Assembly (NCBI GenBank): GCA_965262855.1
Contig: OZ253563.1
Coordinates: 1,635,011-1,699,010, forward strand
Reading direction: 5' to 3'
Length of the DNA stretch: 64,000 nt
DNA from: Arenicellales bacterium
GTDB lineage: Bacteria > Pseudomonadota > Gammaproteobacteria > Arenicellales > JAJDZL01
The notes under the pieces were generated by a model. It saw only the letters and a program-made list of their open reading frames with translations. It searched no databases and was not told the DNA's origin. Numbering within the stretch: the stretch's first letter is position 1; each line of letters begins with the position of its first letter. The translations under genes were made by a program, and so were the position numbers. Of the stretch, positions 40,128 through 49,593 are shown one piece after another.

Positions 40128-41787
40128 CGTCCCGCCCTACAAGCTGGTACTGACCGGCGGCCCGGATTCCATGGTGCCGATTGAAGAGTCCGAGCACGCT
40201 TACATTGCTGCCATCTCCGAAGACGATCCGCCGTCAAGCGCCCACATTCTGTTTACCTCCCTGCAGTTTCCGGCTCGCCTCAAGGCACAGCTACGGGAGA
40301 ACCTGAAGCGGCAGAAGATTCCAGTCATCAATCAGATCGAAGTCACCCCGGCTGAACTGGAGCAGATATACTCCAACACCAATTCTTTCGTCCAGGCATT
40401 GCCGTCAGACCTTAACTACGAACGCGCACTGGACTCGATTCGTGTGCTACTGGCACGGGCCGTGTCCAATGATGCATCAGATATTCACATCGTTCGCCGC
40501 CAGCGAACTGCACTGGTCAGTTTCCGCGTTGATGGGCAGATTGTCCCGTACGCTGAATGGTCTGAGCACACTGCCGATCAAACCTGCCGTTTCATCTATG
40601 AAGTGATGGGCTACGATCAGGAGGTTACCTGGAATCGCCACGAACCGCAAGATGCAGTGGTGGACACACGATTGGTGAACGGCCGCCGCATCCGGGTTCG
40701 AGTCGGCACCATTCCGGCATCGCCGGACGGTTACGACATGGTGCTAAGAATACTACCCGGCAGCGGCGACACCCTGCATCTGTCTGAGCTCGGATACGAT
40801 GCTCACCAAGTGCAGGCGATTCACAAGCTGACGCGGCGCCCGTCGGGACTGGCGGTAATGGCTGGCGGCGTCGGTAGCGGTAAGAGTACGGCAATTGTCG
40901 GCATGTTGCTCGAAGAGTTGAAGACGCACGAATCGCGGCTCCGAATCATTACAGTAGAAGACCCGCCTGAACGGGTGATTCCTGGAGCCACGCAGGTGCC
41001 GGTAGTGCGCAAACGCGGTACCGCAGCAGGCGATGAGTTCTCATTCGCAATTCGAGGTGCGCTGCGCTGTGATCCCGACACCCTGATGGTCGGCGAAATA
41101 CGCGATCTGCAGTCCGCAGTTCTGACCATCAAGTTTGCCCAGTCCGGACATCGAGTTTACACGACAGTTCATGCATCGACGGCGATCGGCATCGTCGGTC
41201 GGTTGATCGGACTCGGCGTCGACCCTTCGCAATTATGCACGCCGGACGTTCTCAAAGGACTGATCTACCAAACCTTGGTGCCGCTGCTGTGCTCAAGTTG
41301 CAAAATCACCACCAAGGAATGGCTGGCAGAAAACCATGTCGACAAGACCCGTCGACGCGAACTAGCTGAACGAGTTTCCAAAGCGCTAGGTATCCGTGGA
41401 TTAGATGTACGCAAAGTCGCCTATCGTTCGGCTGGCGGTTGTAAAAACTGCGCCAGCAGCGGTGTCATCGGCCGCACGTTGATTGCAGAAATTGCGCTGC
41501 CAGATGACGAGATGCTCTCGCAGCTGCGTGTCGGTAACTATACTGCCGCCCACCGTCACTGGCTCGAATACTTAAACGGCCAACCGGTTACTGAACACGG
41601 CATACGACTATTGGCCGATGGAATCGCGTCACCGCCCGACGTGGAATGGCGCATCGGACCACTATCTGAGCTGTTATCACTAGCAACAGCTAAACACTCG
41701 AATGGCATTGGAGATCCGGTTCAGGCTGCCCGCTCAGTTGAATTTGGCACCTCTGAACCTTTGGCGGTGGAGCGAGCGCATGTTTGA
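40114..41787 (+). CDS. pilQ: Type IVb pilus assembly ATPase PilQ
   Basis: ASDIHI, GGVGSGKST, ITVEDPPE, ALRCDPDTLMVGEIRD, GHRVYTTVHA, CxxC pairs. Confidence 0.92.
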   Translation: MSKSNVPPYKLVLTGGPDSMVPIEESEHAYIAAISEDDPPSSAHILFTSLQFPARLKAQLRENLKRQKIPVINQIEVTPAELEQIYSNTNSFVQALPSDLNYERALDSIRVLLARAVSNDASDIHIVRRQRTALVSFRVDGQIVPYAEWSEHTADQTCRFIYEVMGYDQEVTWNRHEPQDAVVDTRLVNGRRIRVRVGTIPASPDGYDMVLRILPGSGDTLHLSELGYDAHQVQAIHKLTRRPSGLAVMAGGVGSGKSTAIVGMLLEELKTHESRLRIITVEDPPERVIPGATQVPVVRKRGTAAGDEFSFAIRGALRCDPDTLMVGEIRDLQSAVLTIKFAQSGHRVYTTVHASTAIGIVGRLIGLGVDPSQLCTPDVLKGLIYQTLVPLLCSSCKITTKEWLAENHVDKTRRRELAERVSKALGIRGLDVRKVAYRSAGGCKNCASSGVIGRTLIAEIALPDDEMLSQLRVGNYTAAHRHWLEYLNGQPVTEHGIRLLADGIASPPDVEWRIGPLSELLSLATAKHSNGIGDPVQAARSVEFGTSEPLAVERAHV

Positions 41788-42820
41788 ATTAATCCGCAAC
41801 CGCATTCACCGCACTCGGTTCAGTATCGCCTCCGGTGCCCGCGCCAGACTGTGGCAGCGCATCGGCTCACTCACCAGCTCAGGAGTGCCCATTACGGCGG
41901 CCGTGGAGTTTCTACATCAAAGCAATCGCACAGGTATCGCTGCACAATTTATTGAACATCAGCGCATGACTATGCGCACCAGCGGATTTTCCGCCGCTGC
42001 CAAGGGCTGGGTACCGCAGGAAGAACTCATCATCATTGAAGTTACGCAGGAACGGAACATTGCTGACGGCTTCGAGCAAGCTGCACGCATCGCTTCGGTG
42101 CGCTCGCGTCTTCGCCACACACTGATTTCAGGCTTAGCATATCCGACCATCTTGCTATTTGGCGGAGGTGCCGTAATCGCTGTCTTGCCAGGCTATGCAT
42201 TGAACGTCATGATCGAAATTATGGATAAATCCAAGTGGCCGCCTGTGTCGCGCAGCGTGCTGGTGTTTTCCGAATTCATATCGAACTGGGGATTACCATT
42301 GGCAACCGTATTGATCATGCTGATGTCGGTTTCGGTATGGGCCGCTCCCCACTGGACTGGAACACTGCGCCGACATCTCGAATGGTATCCACCGTTCGCG
42401 CTGTATCGACAGTTCTGCGGACCGGAAGTTCTGACAGCTTGGCTGGCGCTGATGGAAGCTGGCACACAGCGTATCCGCGCACTGTCGCAGTTGGAGTCCG
42501 GCCTGCCACAATACCTTGCCTCTCATGTGCGCTCGATGCGCTCTCAACTGTATCAGGGCAAGCCGGTCGAAACCGCGCTCGACACTGGGCTGTTCTCAGC
42601 TGAAACACTTGATGATCTGCGCATCTATGAACGCACCGGCAACTTCAGTATCCACGCCAGCCGTATCGCCGAGGAAGACATCGCCCGGGCACTGGAGAAG
42701 CTTGATTCGACTACCAAAACACTTTCATCCTGTTTGCTGATCCTGATCGGCGCTGCTGCCATCTGGATTTATATTGGTGTCGCTCGTGTTGCATTCACAG
42801 TTCAGCAACAGGCATTTTAA
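41780..42820 (+). CDS. pilR: Type IVb pilus inner-membrane platform protein PilR (T2SSF)
   Basis: Two T2SSF-like halves, LAYPTILLF; follows the ATPase. Confidence 0.85.
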   Translation: MFELIRNRIHRTRFSIASGARARLWQRIGSLTSSGVPITAAVEFLHQSNRTGIAAQFIEHQRMTMRTSGFSAAAKGWVPQEELIIIEVTQERNIADGFEQAARIASVRSRLRHTLISGLAYPTILLFGGGAVIAVLPGYALNVMIEIMDKSKWPPVSRSVLVFSEFISNWGLPLATVLIMLMSVSVWAAPHWTGTLRRHLEWYPPFALYRQFCGPEVLTAWLALMEAGTQRIRALSQLESGLPQYLASHVRSMRSQLYQGKPVETALDTGLFSAETLDDLRIYERTGNFSIHASRIAEEDIARALEKLDSTTKTLSSCLLILIGAAAIWIYIGVARVAFTVQQQAF

Positions 42821-42844
42821 TTACTCATATATGGAGAACGCATC

Positions 42845-43426
42845 ATGAAATTTGTGCAATATCTTCTCAGGTTGCTACGTCGTCATCAACGAAAAGAAAC
42901 AAAACCCGATCCCGAAAAGGGCGCTATCACGGTTGCCGAGACGCTGATTGCTCTCGGCATCGGCTCCACTGTTCTGGCTGTCGTGTTCGCCGGAATACCG
43001 GCGCTCACGGATGCCCGCAACCATTCAACTTCCATGAGCGGGCTGACGCAGATCGTGACAAGCATCCGCAGCACCTTCGGCGTGCGCAACAACTTTGAAG
43101 GACTAGACACTGATCTTGCACGTCAACTGGCGGGGTTTCCGCCAAACTTCGTCGCTGGCGATGACATTATCCGACACCCCTGGGGCGGCATAGTGACGAT
43201 CACTGGAGACACTGACGGCACCTTCGACATTGCGTTCGCCGACCTGCCCGAATCCTCCTGTTCTCAACTGGTTACCTCCACGGCTGACCTGGCACAGTCA
43301 ATTGATGTCGGCGGCACAGTCCTTGGCACCGCCGGCACGGACGGCGACGGCAATCCAACCGACCCGCAAGCCGTGACTGATCTCTGTGATGGCGGGGCAG
43401 AAGTCACCTGGACATTCCGGGGGTAA
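42845..43426 (+). CDS. pilS: Type IVb major prepilin PilS
   Basis: Long basic leader ..EKG-AITVAETLI hydrophobic helix; HPWGG, two-Cys D-region (SCSQL..DLCD). Confidence 0.88.
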   Translation: MKFVQYLLRLLRRHQRKETKPDPEKGAITVAETLIALGIGSTVLAVVFAGIPALTDARNHSTSMSGLTQIVTSIRSTFGVRNNFEGLDTDLARQLAGFPPNFVAGDDIIRHPWGGIVTITGDTDGTFDIAFADLPESSCSQLVTSTADLAQSIDVGGTVLGTAGTDGDGNPTDPQAVTDLCDGGAEVTWTFRG

Positions 43427-43428
43427 AA

Positions 43429-44982
43429 ATGAAACTAAGAAATCTGCTCGCCTCACCATCCAATCGCTACTCGGAAAAGGGCGCCATCACGATAGTCGAG
43501 ACGCTGATCGTGATCAGTATCGGGCTGATTGCGCTGACGGTCTTGGCACAGGCTAAATTGAGTGAGTTCCAAGCCACCAACGCCGCCAACTCCGGCCGTG
43601 CAATCGCCACTTACTCCAGGGCTGCATCAGTGTGGCTGGCGGAAAATCCGCCGGCCGCAGACGGCATCTTCACGATCAGCGATCTGCAGGACTGCGCGGA
43701 CCCTGACGGCGTACGCTTCCTGTCGTGCACATTCGGCGCTCAGACGCCGATTGCCTACGCGCGAAATAATGCCGGCAATCCGGTCAATTACGGCAATCTC
43801 ATCATTGATGTTGTGATTACGCCTGTAGGCGCAACCGGCGTCATTGACTTCGGTGTGTTTCGAAGCGGTGGCGACGAGAACGAAGACGGACTGCCTGATT
43901 CACGTCCTGACCTGGCATCCATCGCCTTTCAGACCGCCGCCGAAGAAACCGGTGCCGGCGTGCTCGAATTTTTCGAGATGACGTTCGCCCGGGAAAGCGC
44001 GGTCGGATTGCAATTTGATCCAGATGAAGCCGATTTCGATCAAGCCGCAATCGACGATCTGTCCCGACTCCAGGCCCGCGTCGGCGCACAGGCTGGCAAT
44101 GCTCCGTTCCTGCGCCTCGATGGCGCCAACCAGATGACCGCCGGCATTAACTTCGATAACGGCATGCAGGTCAATATGGATGGCGGCGGATTGGCATTCC
44201 AGGGTCCCGGCGATGTTGGAGTACGCACTGACACCGGCACGCTGGTAGTCACGCAGAACATTCAAACGGCCGCGCTGCAGTCCGATTCGGCTGTCATTGA
44301 CGAGCTGACGGTCGAACCGCTCACCGGGGTAAAAGGTGCCGGCTTCGAGCGGCTTAACCAGGCACCGGATGTGGTGCGCATAGATGATGATGTCATTCGA
44401 CTGACCGCGCGAGTGCAAGTCAACGAAACCGACATCGAATCGAATCGCCGGAACATTGCAGACAATGAAACTGACATCAACCGCCTGACCGGTGAAGTAA
44501 ACACCAACGAAACCGCCATCGAATCGAATCGTCAGTCCGCTACAAGGAACGCAGCAGGAATCACCCGACTGACCGGCGAAGTGAACGCCAACGAATCCGC
44601 CATCAACACCAACCGGCGGAGCATTACCTCTCAACGCGGAACGCTCAGAACACAGGGTCGTAGAATCTCCGTGTTAGAAAATACATCCCCACCGCCACCT
44701 CCACCCATCTGCTCTCCCTTGTTGTCAGCCGTGCAAAGCACCCAGCGCGGTTTGGGGTACCCTTATTCTACATCTTGCAACACCAGCTGCGATGCAAGGA
44801 CCGTGTTACTGACCTGCCCCGAGGCCGCAAACGGCACCTACCGTTGCTCAAACCCGAACAGTGCAAATCCAATTCCTTACGAAAGGCGCGACACAAATAC
44901 ACTGGCTTGCCTGACCCGCACCATCAACTTTTTTTCAACCCAACGGTGCGTAGGAAACTACCACGGCAACCCGTGCCTATAA
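43429..44982 (+). CDS. pilV: PilV-like minor pilin/adhesin with heptad-repeat stalk and Cys-rich tip
   Basis: Prepilin N-terminus, YSRAASVW (PilV N-domain-like), 28-aa repeats, PPPPP linker, 8-Cys C-terminal domain. Confidence 0.8.
   Translation: MKLRNLLASPSNRYSEKGAITIVETLIVISIGLIALTVLAQAKLSEFQATNAANSGRAIATYSRAASVWLAENPPAADGIFTISDLQDCADPDGVRFLSCTFGAQTPIAYARNNAGNPVNYGNLIIDVVITPVGATGVIDFGVFRSGGDENEDGLPDSRPDLASIAFQTAAEETGAGVLEFFEMTFARESAVGLQFDPDEADFDQAAIDDLSRLQARVGAQAGNAPFLRLDGANQMTAGINFDNGMQVNMDGGGLAFQGPGDVGVRTDTGTLVVTQNIQTAALQSDSAVIDELTVEPLTGVKGAGFERLNQAPDVVRIDDDVIRLTARVQVNETDIESNRRNIADNETDINRLTGEVNTNETAIESNRQSATRNAAGITRLTGEVNANESAINTNRRSITSQRGTLRTQGRRISVLENTSPPPPPPICSPLLSAVQSTQRGLGYPYSTSCNTSCDARTVLLTCPEAANGTYRCSNPNSANPIPYERRDTNTLACLTRTINFFSTQRCVGNYHGNPCL
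44422..44616 (+). repeat. 84-bp (28-aa) degenerate tandem repeat inside pilV
   Basis: Units AACGAAACCGACATCGAATCGAATCG (44422), AACGAAACCGCCATCGAATCGAATCG (44506), AACGAATCCGCCATCAACACCAACCG (44590). Confidence 0.9.
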
Positions 44983-45876
44983 TTTAAATGTGTCCCAATC
45001 CGCCATTCGATGACGCACTAATGCCGCAGATCTGCCAATTGAATTGAAAAGCCTCCACCGACTTGCTATCGTTAGAGAATGCAACAATCGCGGAGAAGCA
45101 AAATGCAGCCCTGCATAGGACAAGTCAGTCGAATATCAGCGCTTCACCATGGCTGTCGAATGCAGGCAACCGGTGGCATATCGTGACGAGCTACACAAAA
45201 TCGGAGCTTGGATTTTCGCCGAAAACAGAGACTCATTCAGCTTTAGTTCCCGACTACTTCTGCTAAAAAGGGCAGGTCGACCATTTCCTTTGCTACCGTC
45301 CATGAACGAACCGCATTCTCATCTATGATCGACTTCTCATGAGGATTTCAGAACGATGTCAGTCTGTTCATTTTTCACCGGAATCGAGGCAAAGCGTTCA
45401 TACGGCACTGGGTAGTTCCAAGTCTTTGGACCACTGGGCATCACACTGATGAGACCGGCAGGAGGCTTTATCCAATCTTCGACGACGATGCTTGCTTGCA
45501 TCATCGTTCAACTAGCAAACGCTCAAAGTGCCTCCCGAATACGACCTCTACGTCGAACTGTCACCGGATGGTCAGCAGATTGATTTTCAAGCGGGTACGA
45601 TATTGCCTCTCTCCAAGAACTCGAATTCGGGGGCGCAGACTTGGATTTCGCAATATTCAGGTCAAATTTTCCGCTCACCCCTAAAATTCGGAGTTGCAAT
45701 TGCGTATCAAAGCGATTAGGACAAGGAAAAATTTCGCCCCTTAAAAATCACCTAGAGCAACTATAACGCAAGATTGAGAAGAGATGCGCCAGCACCGCCC
45801 TATACTTACTGGGAACTCTAGCTACCCTAGACCTAGATTCGCCTTATATTGCGTCTGAGGACGTTTTCCAATCTGA

Positions 45877-46320
45877 ATGGCAGAAATCCTAACTAAAATC
45901 CTGTCATTTGGCACGTTTTCCTGTGTTTTGCTTTGCTTGGCAGTAGAAGATCACCGGGAGAACAAATTGCGAAACTGTATTACGCTTCCGTTACTTGCTA
46001 GCGGACTAGTATTTAATTCGACTGCTATCTTCGTTCCAATTCAATCTTCGATTTTGGGCGCTATGATAGGCTACTTGAGTATCCGTACGTTGCATGACGC
46101 CCAAGTTTCACTTCGAGGGGCCTCTGGCATTGGATTGGGAGATGCAAAATTCCTCTCTGCTCTAGGTGCATGGTTTGGCTTGCAAGCCGTACCTATCTGC
46201 ATTGTTGGAGCATCAATTGTGATGTTGACAGTGTACCCAAGAAGACAGGAAAAACCGTTCGGTGTCGGGCTGTCACTCATCGCGGCTGGAATTGCCGGTC
46301 ATTACATAATTTTAGTGTAA
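45877..46320 (+). CDS. Prepilin peptidase, A24 family (PilU-like)
   Basis: VEDHRENKLRN, GIGLGDAKFL..GAWFG, KPFG. Confidence 0.85.
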   Translation: MAEILTKILSFGTFSCVLLCLAVEDHRENKLRNCITLPLLASGLVFNSTAIFVPIQSSILGAMIGYLSIRTLHDAQVSLRGASGIGLGDAKFLSALGAWFGLQAVPICIVGASIVMLTVYPRRQEKPFGVGLSLIAAGIAGHYIILV

Positions 46321-46516
46321 TTGAACTTATTTTTAACCAATTGCAACAATGTGGTAGCAAAAAATGACCCTACATACATCAAGAAACCCCCATATTGTCG
46401 TCCCACAAAAATACTAGTTTGATCAGTTCATTATTCTTTGTTGACGAAGGATTCATATACCGGGCAAAATTCTTGAACAATATCAGACCAATACCTAACT
46501 AACGGCACATTAGTCC

Positions 46517-47305
46517 TTGATGAGAAATTCATCTAACGAGGAATCTATACTGAAATTTAACCGATCTAAATTCCGTTTACTTAAACATCGAAAACTGATC
46601 GTTCCTGCAACTTGCGTTGGGTTTGTTGTGTCTATTGCGGCCGTAGTGATGCAGTTTCTACCATCCAATTCGTTCTATTCGACAGAAAAGCCAATTTCTG
46701 TCAAAGAAATGGTTGACGCGGGGGCGCTTCCCATTCAACTACAGACTGCTGTACCAGCGTTGGTGACGTCGGATTCGGAATCTTTAGCTGTTCTAGATGG
46801 TTCAAGAGAGCAACAGAATTTGCCGCAAGTCAATGAAACCGAGTCGGTTATGGGGCCAGCAATATTGGCAATACTAGAAAAAGTTGAGTACAGACTGAAA
46901 GAAAGTAGTGATGCGTTCCTATACTTTGAAGAGCGCTTGGAAAATTTAGGTGCATTGGAACCACAAATTGTTTCTTCCATTGCCTTGCAATCTACAGTCG
47001 CAGACATGATGGAAACGCGGATGATGGAAATTGAATCCAGAGTTGATTCATTAGCACAAGCTCTCTCTCAGGTCCAAATAAGTGAGCCACCAAAAGACAG
47101 ATTGCAACCACCATTTCGTTTAATTGCCATTGACCGCTGGCAGAACAAGTGGAATGCAGTAATTGAGCTTGATGGTCGAATTTCCATTATTGAACCCCAA
47201 TCAAGTCGTGCAGGGTGGCAGTTGCTAACAATTGACCCAAGCTCTCAGTCCACGTTATTTAGGTCCCGGTCCGGAACAGAAGTGAAACTGAAAATTGATG
47301 GATAG
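46517..47305 (+). CDS. ICE T4SS protein (Tfc2-like; TM + coiled coil + C-terminal beta domain)
   Basis: PPFRLIAID..GWQLLTID..TLF C-terminus; precedes PFL_4693. Confidence 0.6.
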   Translation: MMRNSSNEESILKFNRSKFRLLKHRKLIVPATCVGFVVSIAAVVMQFLPSNSFYSTEKPISVKEMVDAGALPIQLQTAVPALVTSDSESLAVLDGSREQQNLPQVNETESVMGPAILAILEKVEYRLKESSDAFLYFEERLENLGALEPQIVSSIALQSTVADMMETRMMEIESRVDSLAQALSQVQISEPPKDRLQPPFRLIAIDRWQNKWNAVIELDGRISIIEPQSSRAGWQLLTIDPSSQSTLFRSRSGTEVKLKIDG

Positions 47306-47399
47306 AAATGGTTCGTGTCTGAATACCTTTAACTATGAGAAATATTTCCACATTTACTAACGGAGCACTAAGAAAGTTCTGTACCAACGAAAATAATTA

Positions 47400-48101
47400 T
47401 TGGCTTGTGAAAACAGCTATACAAGACGACGACAAGTTATGCAATATTTCTCAAAAAATAAAGTAAATTCCATAGTGCTCATAGTTGGATTGACACTCAG
47501 TACAAGCAGTTTGCCAGAGCAACGAAACCATTTCTCCAATACTGTTTCATCGGAAATCTCAAGTTCTGAAACTCGTACTGCAGAAGTGTGGCAGCTGTCA
47601 GTAGAAGAAATCGAGCTACTTCAGAAATTGCAACAACACCATGAAGGCATGCTGTCGTCCGGTCTAACTCCCTACGAATGGCTGGGGATATTTGCGGAAA
47701 CTGATGAACAGAGAAAGCACTACGCCGAACTGTTCGCAAAACGCCAACTAGAACTAACAGATGCAATTTTGAAATTTGAATCTGCGTATGCAGAAGCTAT
47801 TCAGAAAATTGCATCTCAAAGCAAAGATAACTCCCAAATAGGTAAACGTCTACTATTCATAACCACTTATCAGTGCTCCCACAAGCAGTGCAAGAATGAC
47901 CTTCAGAGAATTCTAAAACATGCTGAGTCTGGTGGATTTCTGGACATATTAATTCAAGGCAAAACATCAATTACTGATCTTAAGTCTTGGGGAGTTGAGA
48001 ACAAAATTCCCCTTGAGAAAATACGTACGGGCGACATAACAATAGACCAGGCGCAAGGACGCTATCTGAATTTTCCGAATGGAATATACAAGTTAAATTG
48101 A
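47400..48101 (+). CDS. PFL_4693-family ICE protein (TIGR03759-like)
   Basis: WQLSVEE..LTPYEWLGIFAETDEQRKHYAEL..AY; start may be the ATG ~39 nt downstream. Confidence 0.8.
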   Translation: MACENSYTRRRQVMQYFSKNKVNSIVLIVGLTLSTSSLPEQRNHFSNTVSSEISSSETRTAEVWQLSVEEIELLQKLQQHHEGMLSSGLTPYEWLGIFAETDEQRKHYAELFAKRQLELTDAILKFESAYAEAIQKIASQSKDNSQIGKRLLFITTYQCSHKQCKNDLQRILKHAESGGFLDILIQGKTSITDLKSWGVENKIPLEKIRTGDITIDQAQGRYLNFPNGIYKLN

Positions 48102-48222
48102 GCAGAACTTACCAATAGTGAAAGCAGATTACAGCGCCTGTCAACTTCCCCTGAAAATTACGTTCACTCAGTTTTGGAATTTCCATACATGTCTTCATTG
48201 AACAGGCAATATAAGAATTTTT

Positions 48223-48615
48223 ATGCTGAAATTTCACTACATTCTAAACTTGATTTTCTGCCTATGCTTTCTGTTGGCTGGCTGTTCAATCAATAAGGGA
48301 AACGGTTCTATGTCAGAGCAGAAAATTTCCAACAAGGTTACAAAGAAATTATTGACGGGGAAGCCAGAAATTGTTGCACGTACGAACTCTAGTGAGAAAC
48401 AGGTTCTCATTAGGTTGTTACGAAATCTAAATGAACTCGACGCTCTGATAAATGAAGCTGAATTCAGTGCAAACCCCGATGCCCGTATCCGATTCAACTA
48501 TCGCCAATTACGGTCTGATTTCTTTTCGGTATCGCAAGGTATTCAAGCTCACATTCAGATACCAGACTATTCGCCACGGACATTAAAACCGATTTCCGGA
48601 AACTATGGAAGGTAA
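48223..48615 (+). CDS. RAQPRD-family ICE lipoprotein
   Basis: Lipobox LAGC; RIRFNYRQLRSDF..GIQAHI..SPR..ISGNY. Confidence 0.85.
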   Translation: MLKFHYILNLIFCLCFLLAGCSINKGNGSMSEQKISNKVTKKLLTGKPEIVARTNSSEKQVLIRLLRNLNELDALINEAEFSANPDARIRFNYRQLRSDFFSVSQGIQAHIQIPDYSPRTLKPISGNYGR

Positions 48616-48618
48616 CAA

Positions 48619-48840
48619 ATGGAAAATTTCGAACTCGGCCCAGGCATAAGTCTAAAAATCCTCAGAACCATCATTGGAGGCACTGTTGCCTCAGCGTCGA
48701 TTGTATGGTGGATTTGGATTGTTCAGTCATCTCTAGGCCAACTGCAAAATAATCAAATCAGTTTCATCGAACTCCTTTTCATGTGTTTCCGGTCACTTGC
48801 AACTGCATTGATGATCCTCACAGTAATCGCGTTTCTGTAA
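48619..48840 (+). CDS. PFL_4701-like small ICE membrane protein (DUF3262)
   Basis: Two TM segments; syntenic position. Confidence 0.7.
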   Translation: MENFELGPGISLKILRTIIGGTVASASIVWWIWIVQSSLGQLQNNQISFIELLFMCFRSLATALMILTVIAFL

Positions 48841-48841
48841 T

Positions 48842-49240
48842 ATGAAATTCACACGAACCGATATGTACCGTTTTTCACTACGAGTGATTACTGTTCTAGT
48901 GTTATCAGCCGCTTTACTCCTAGTATGGAGTTTAGGATACGCAGATTCAGTTCTACCGCCGCCACCCAAAATTGGATCACAGACGTTTCAAGCGGACGAT
49001 CCCATTGGCTACCTAGTTGGCAGTATTCGATACGTCATTTTTCTAGCGCTCTCTATCATAGTTGTGTTTGCGCTCATTGGATTCTCAAGCGGATTGATTG
49101 CGGAGGTAAACGAGGCAAGAAAAAAAGGTGAGTGGGGGCGATTCTCAGTGTATTTCGGTGCGGGACTGATTGTAATTCTTGTTGTTATATTTGGCGCTTG
49201 GTGGGGATCGCAAAAATTGAGTGCTACGTTAATTTTATGA
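48842..49240 (+). CDS. PFL_4702-family ICE membrane protein (DUF2976)
   Basis: LPPPP after the signal, NEARKKGEWGRF, three hydrophobic helices. Confidence 0.75.
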   Translation: MKFTRTDMYRFSLRVITVLVLSAALLLVWSLGYADSVLPPPPKIGSQTFQADDPIGYLVGSIRYVIFLALSIIVVFALIGFSSGLIAEVNEARKKGEWGRFSVYFGAGLIVILVVIFGAWWGSQKLSATLIL

Positions 49241-49590
49241 AAACTCTACCACCCTGCACTTTGTTGGACTACGAAACACGGCTTTACAAAGGATGTGGCG
49301 CAAGCGAATTGTACTCGATCACCCTTGCCGTCAGTTGCTCATGGTTGCCATTTGCACTGCTAATCGGGTATGCAATACTGGATGGTCTACATGCCTTGTT
49401 TGTGGCTTTTGCAGTATTCATTGCCGGTACACTATTGATTGTTGCCACTGTCGCAAGCATCTACAAATCGCTAAAACAAGGTAAACCCGAAGGTTGGCAC
49501 ACTCGAAATTTCTACTGTGCAATACACCCAGTATTTTCTTCAAACCTAGTGCTTAAATCAGGATGCTGGTCCACCAATCGAGAGATTTAG
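49237..49590 (+). CDS. TIGR03750/DUF3487-family ICE membrane protein
   Basis: LDYETRLYKGC..EL, LKQGKPEGW; ATGA overlap. Confidence 0.8.
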   Translation: MKTLPPCTLLDYETRLYKGCGASELYSITLAVSCSWLPFALLIGYAILDGLHALFVAFAVFIAGTLLIVATVASIYKSLKQGKPEGWHTRNFYCAIHPVFSSNLVLKSGCWSTNREI

Positions 49591-49593
49591 ATT

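Noticed and set aside
44422-44616. Regularly spaced repeats as a possible CRISPR array
   Set aside because: Repeats are degenerate, codon-phased and inside pilV; spacers are mutually similar; no cas genes
43900-44634. 244-aa minus-strand ORF, and similarly 30518-31240 (240 aa), 13118-13681 (187 aa), 21366-21788 and other antisense ORFs
   Set aside because: Shadows of well-supported genes on the opposite strand; no motifs or RBS
44992-45003. GTCCCAATCCGC after pilV (plus weaker look-alikes at ~43784 and ~44861) resembling the R64 shufflon sfx core GTGCCAATCCGG
   Set aside because: Only partial matches, no inverted partner sites, no CQSGxW junction in PilV and no rci recombinase in the window
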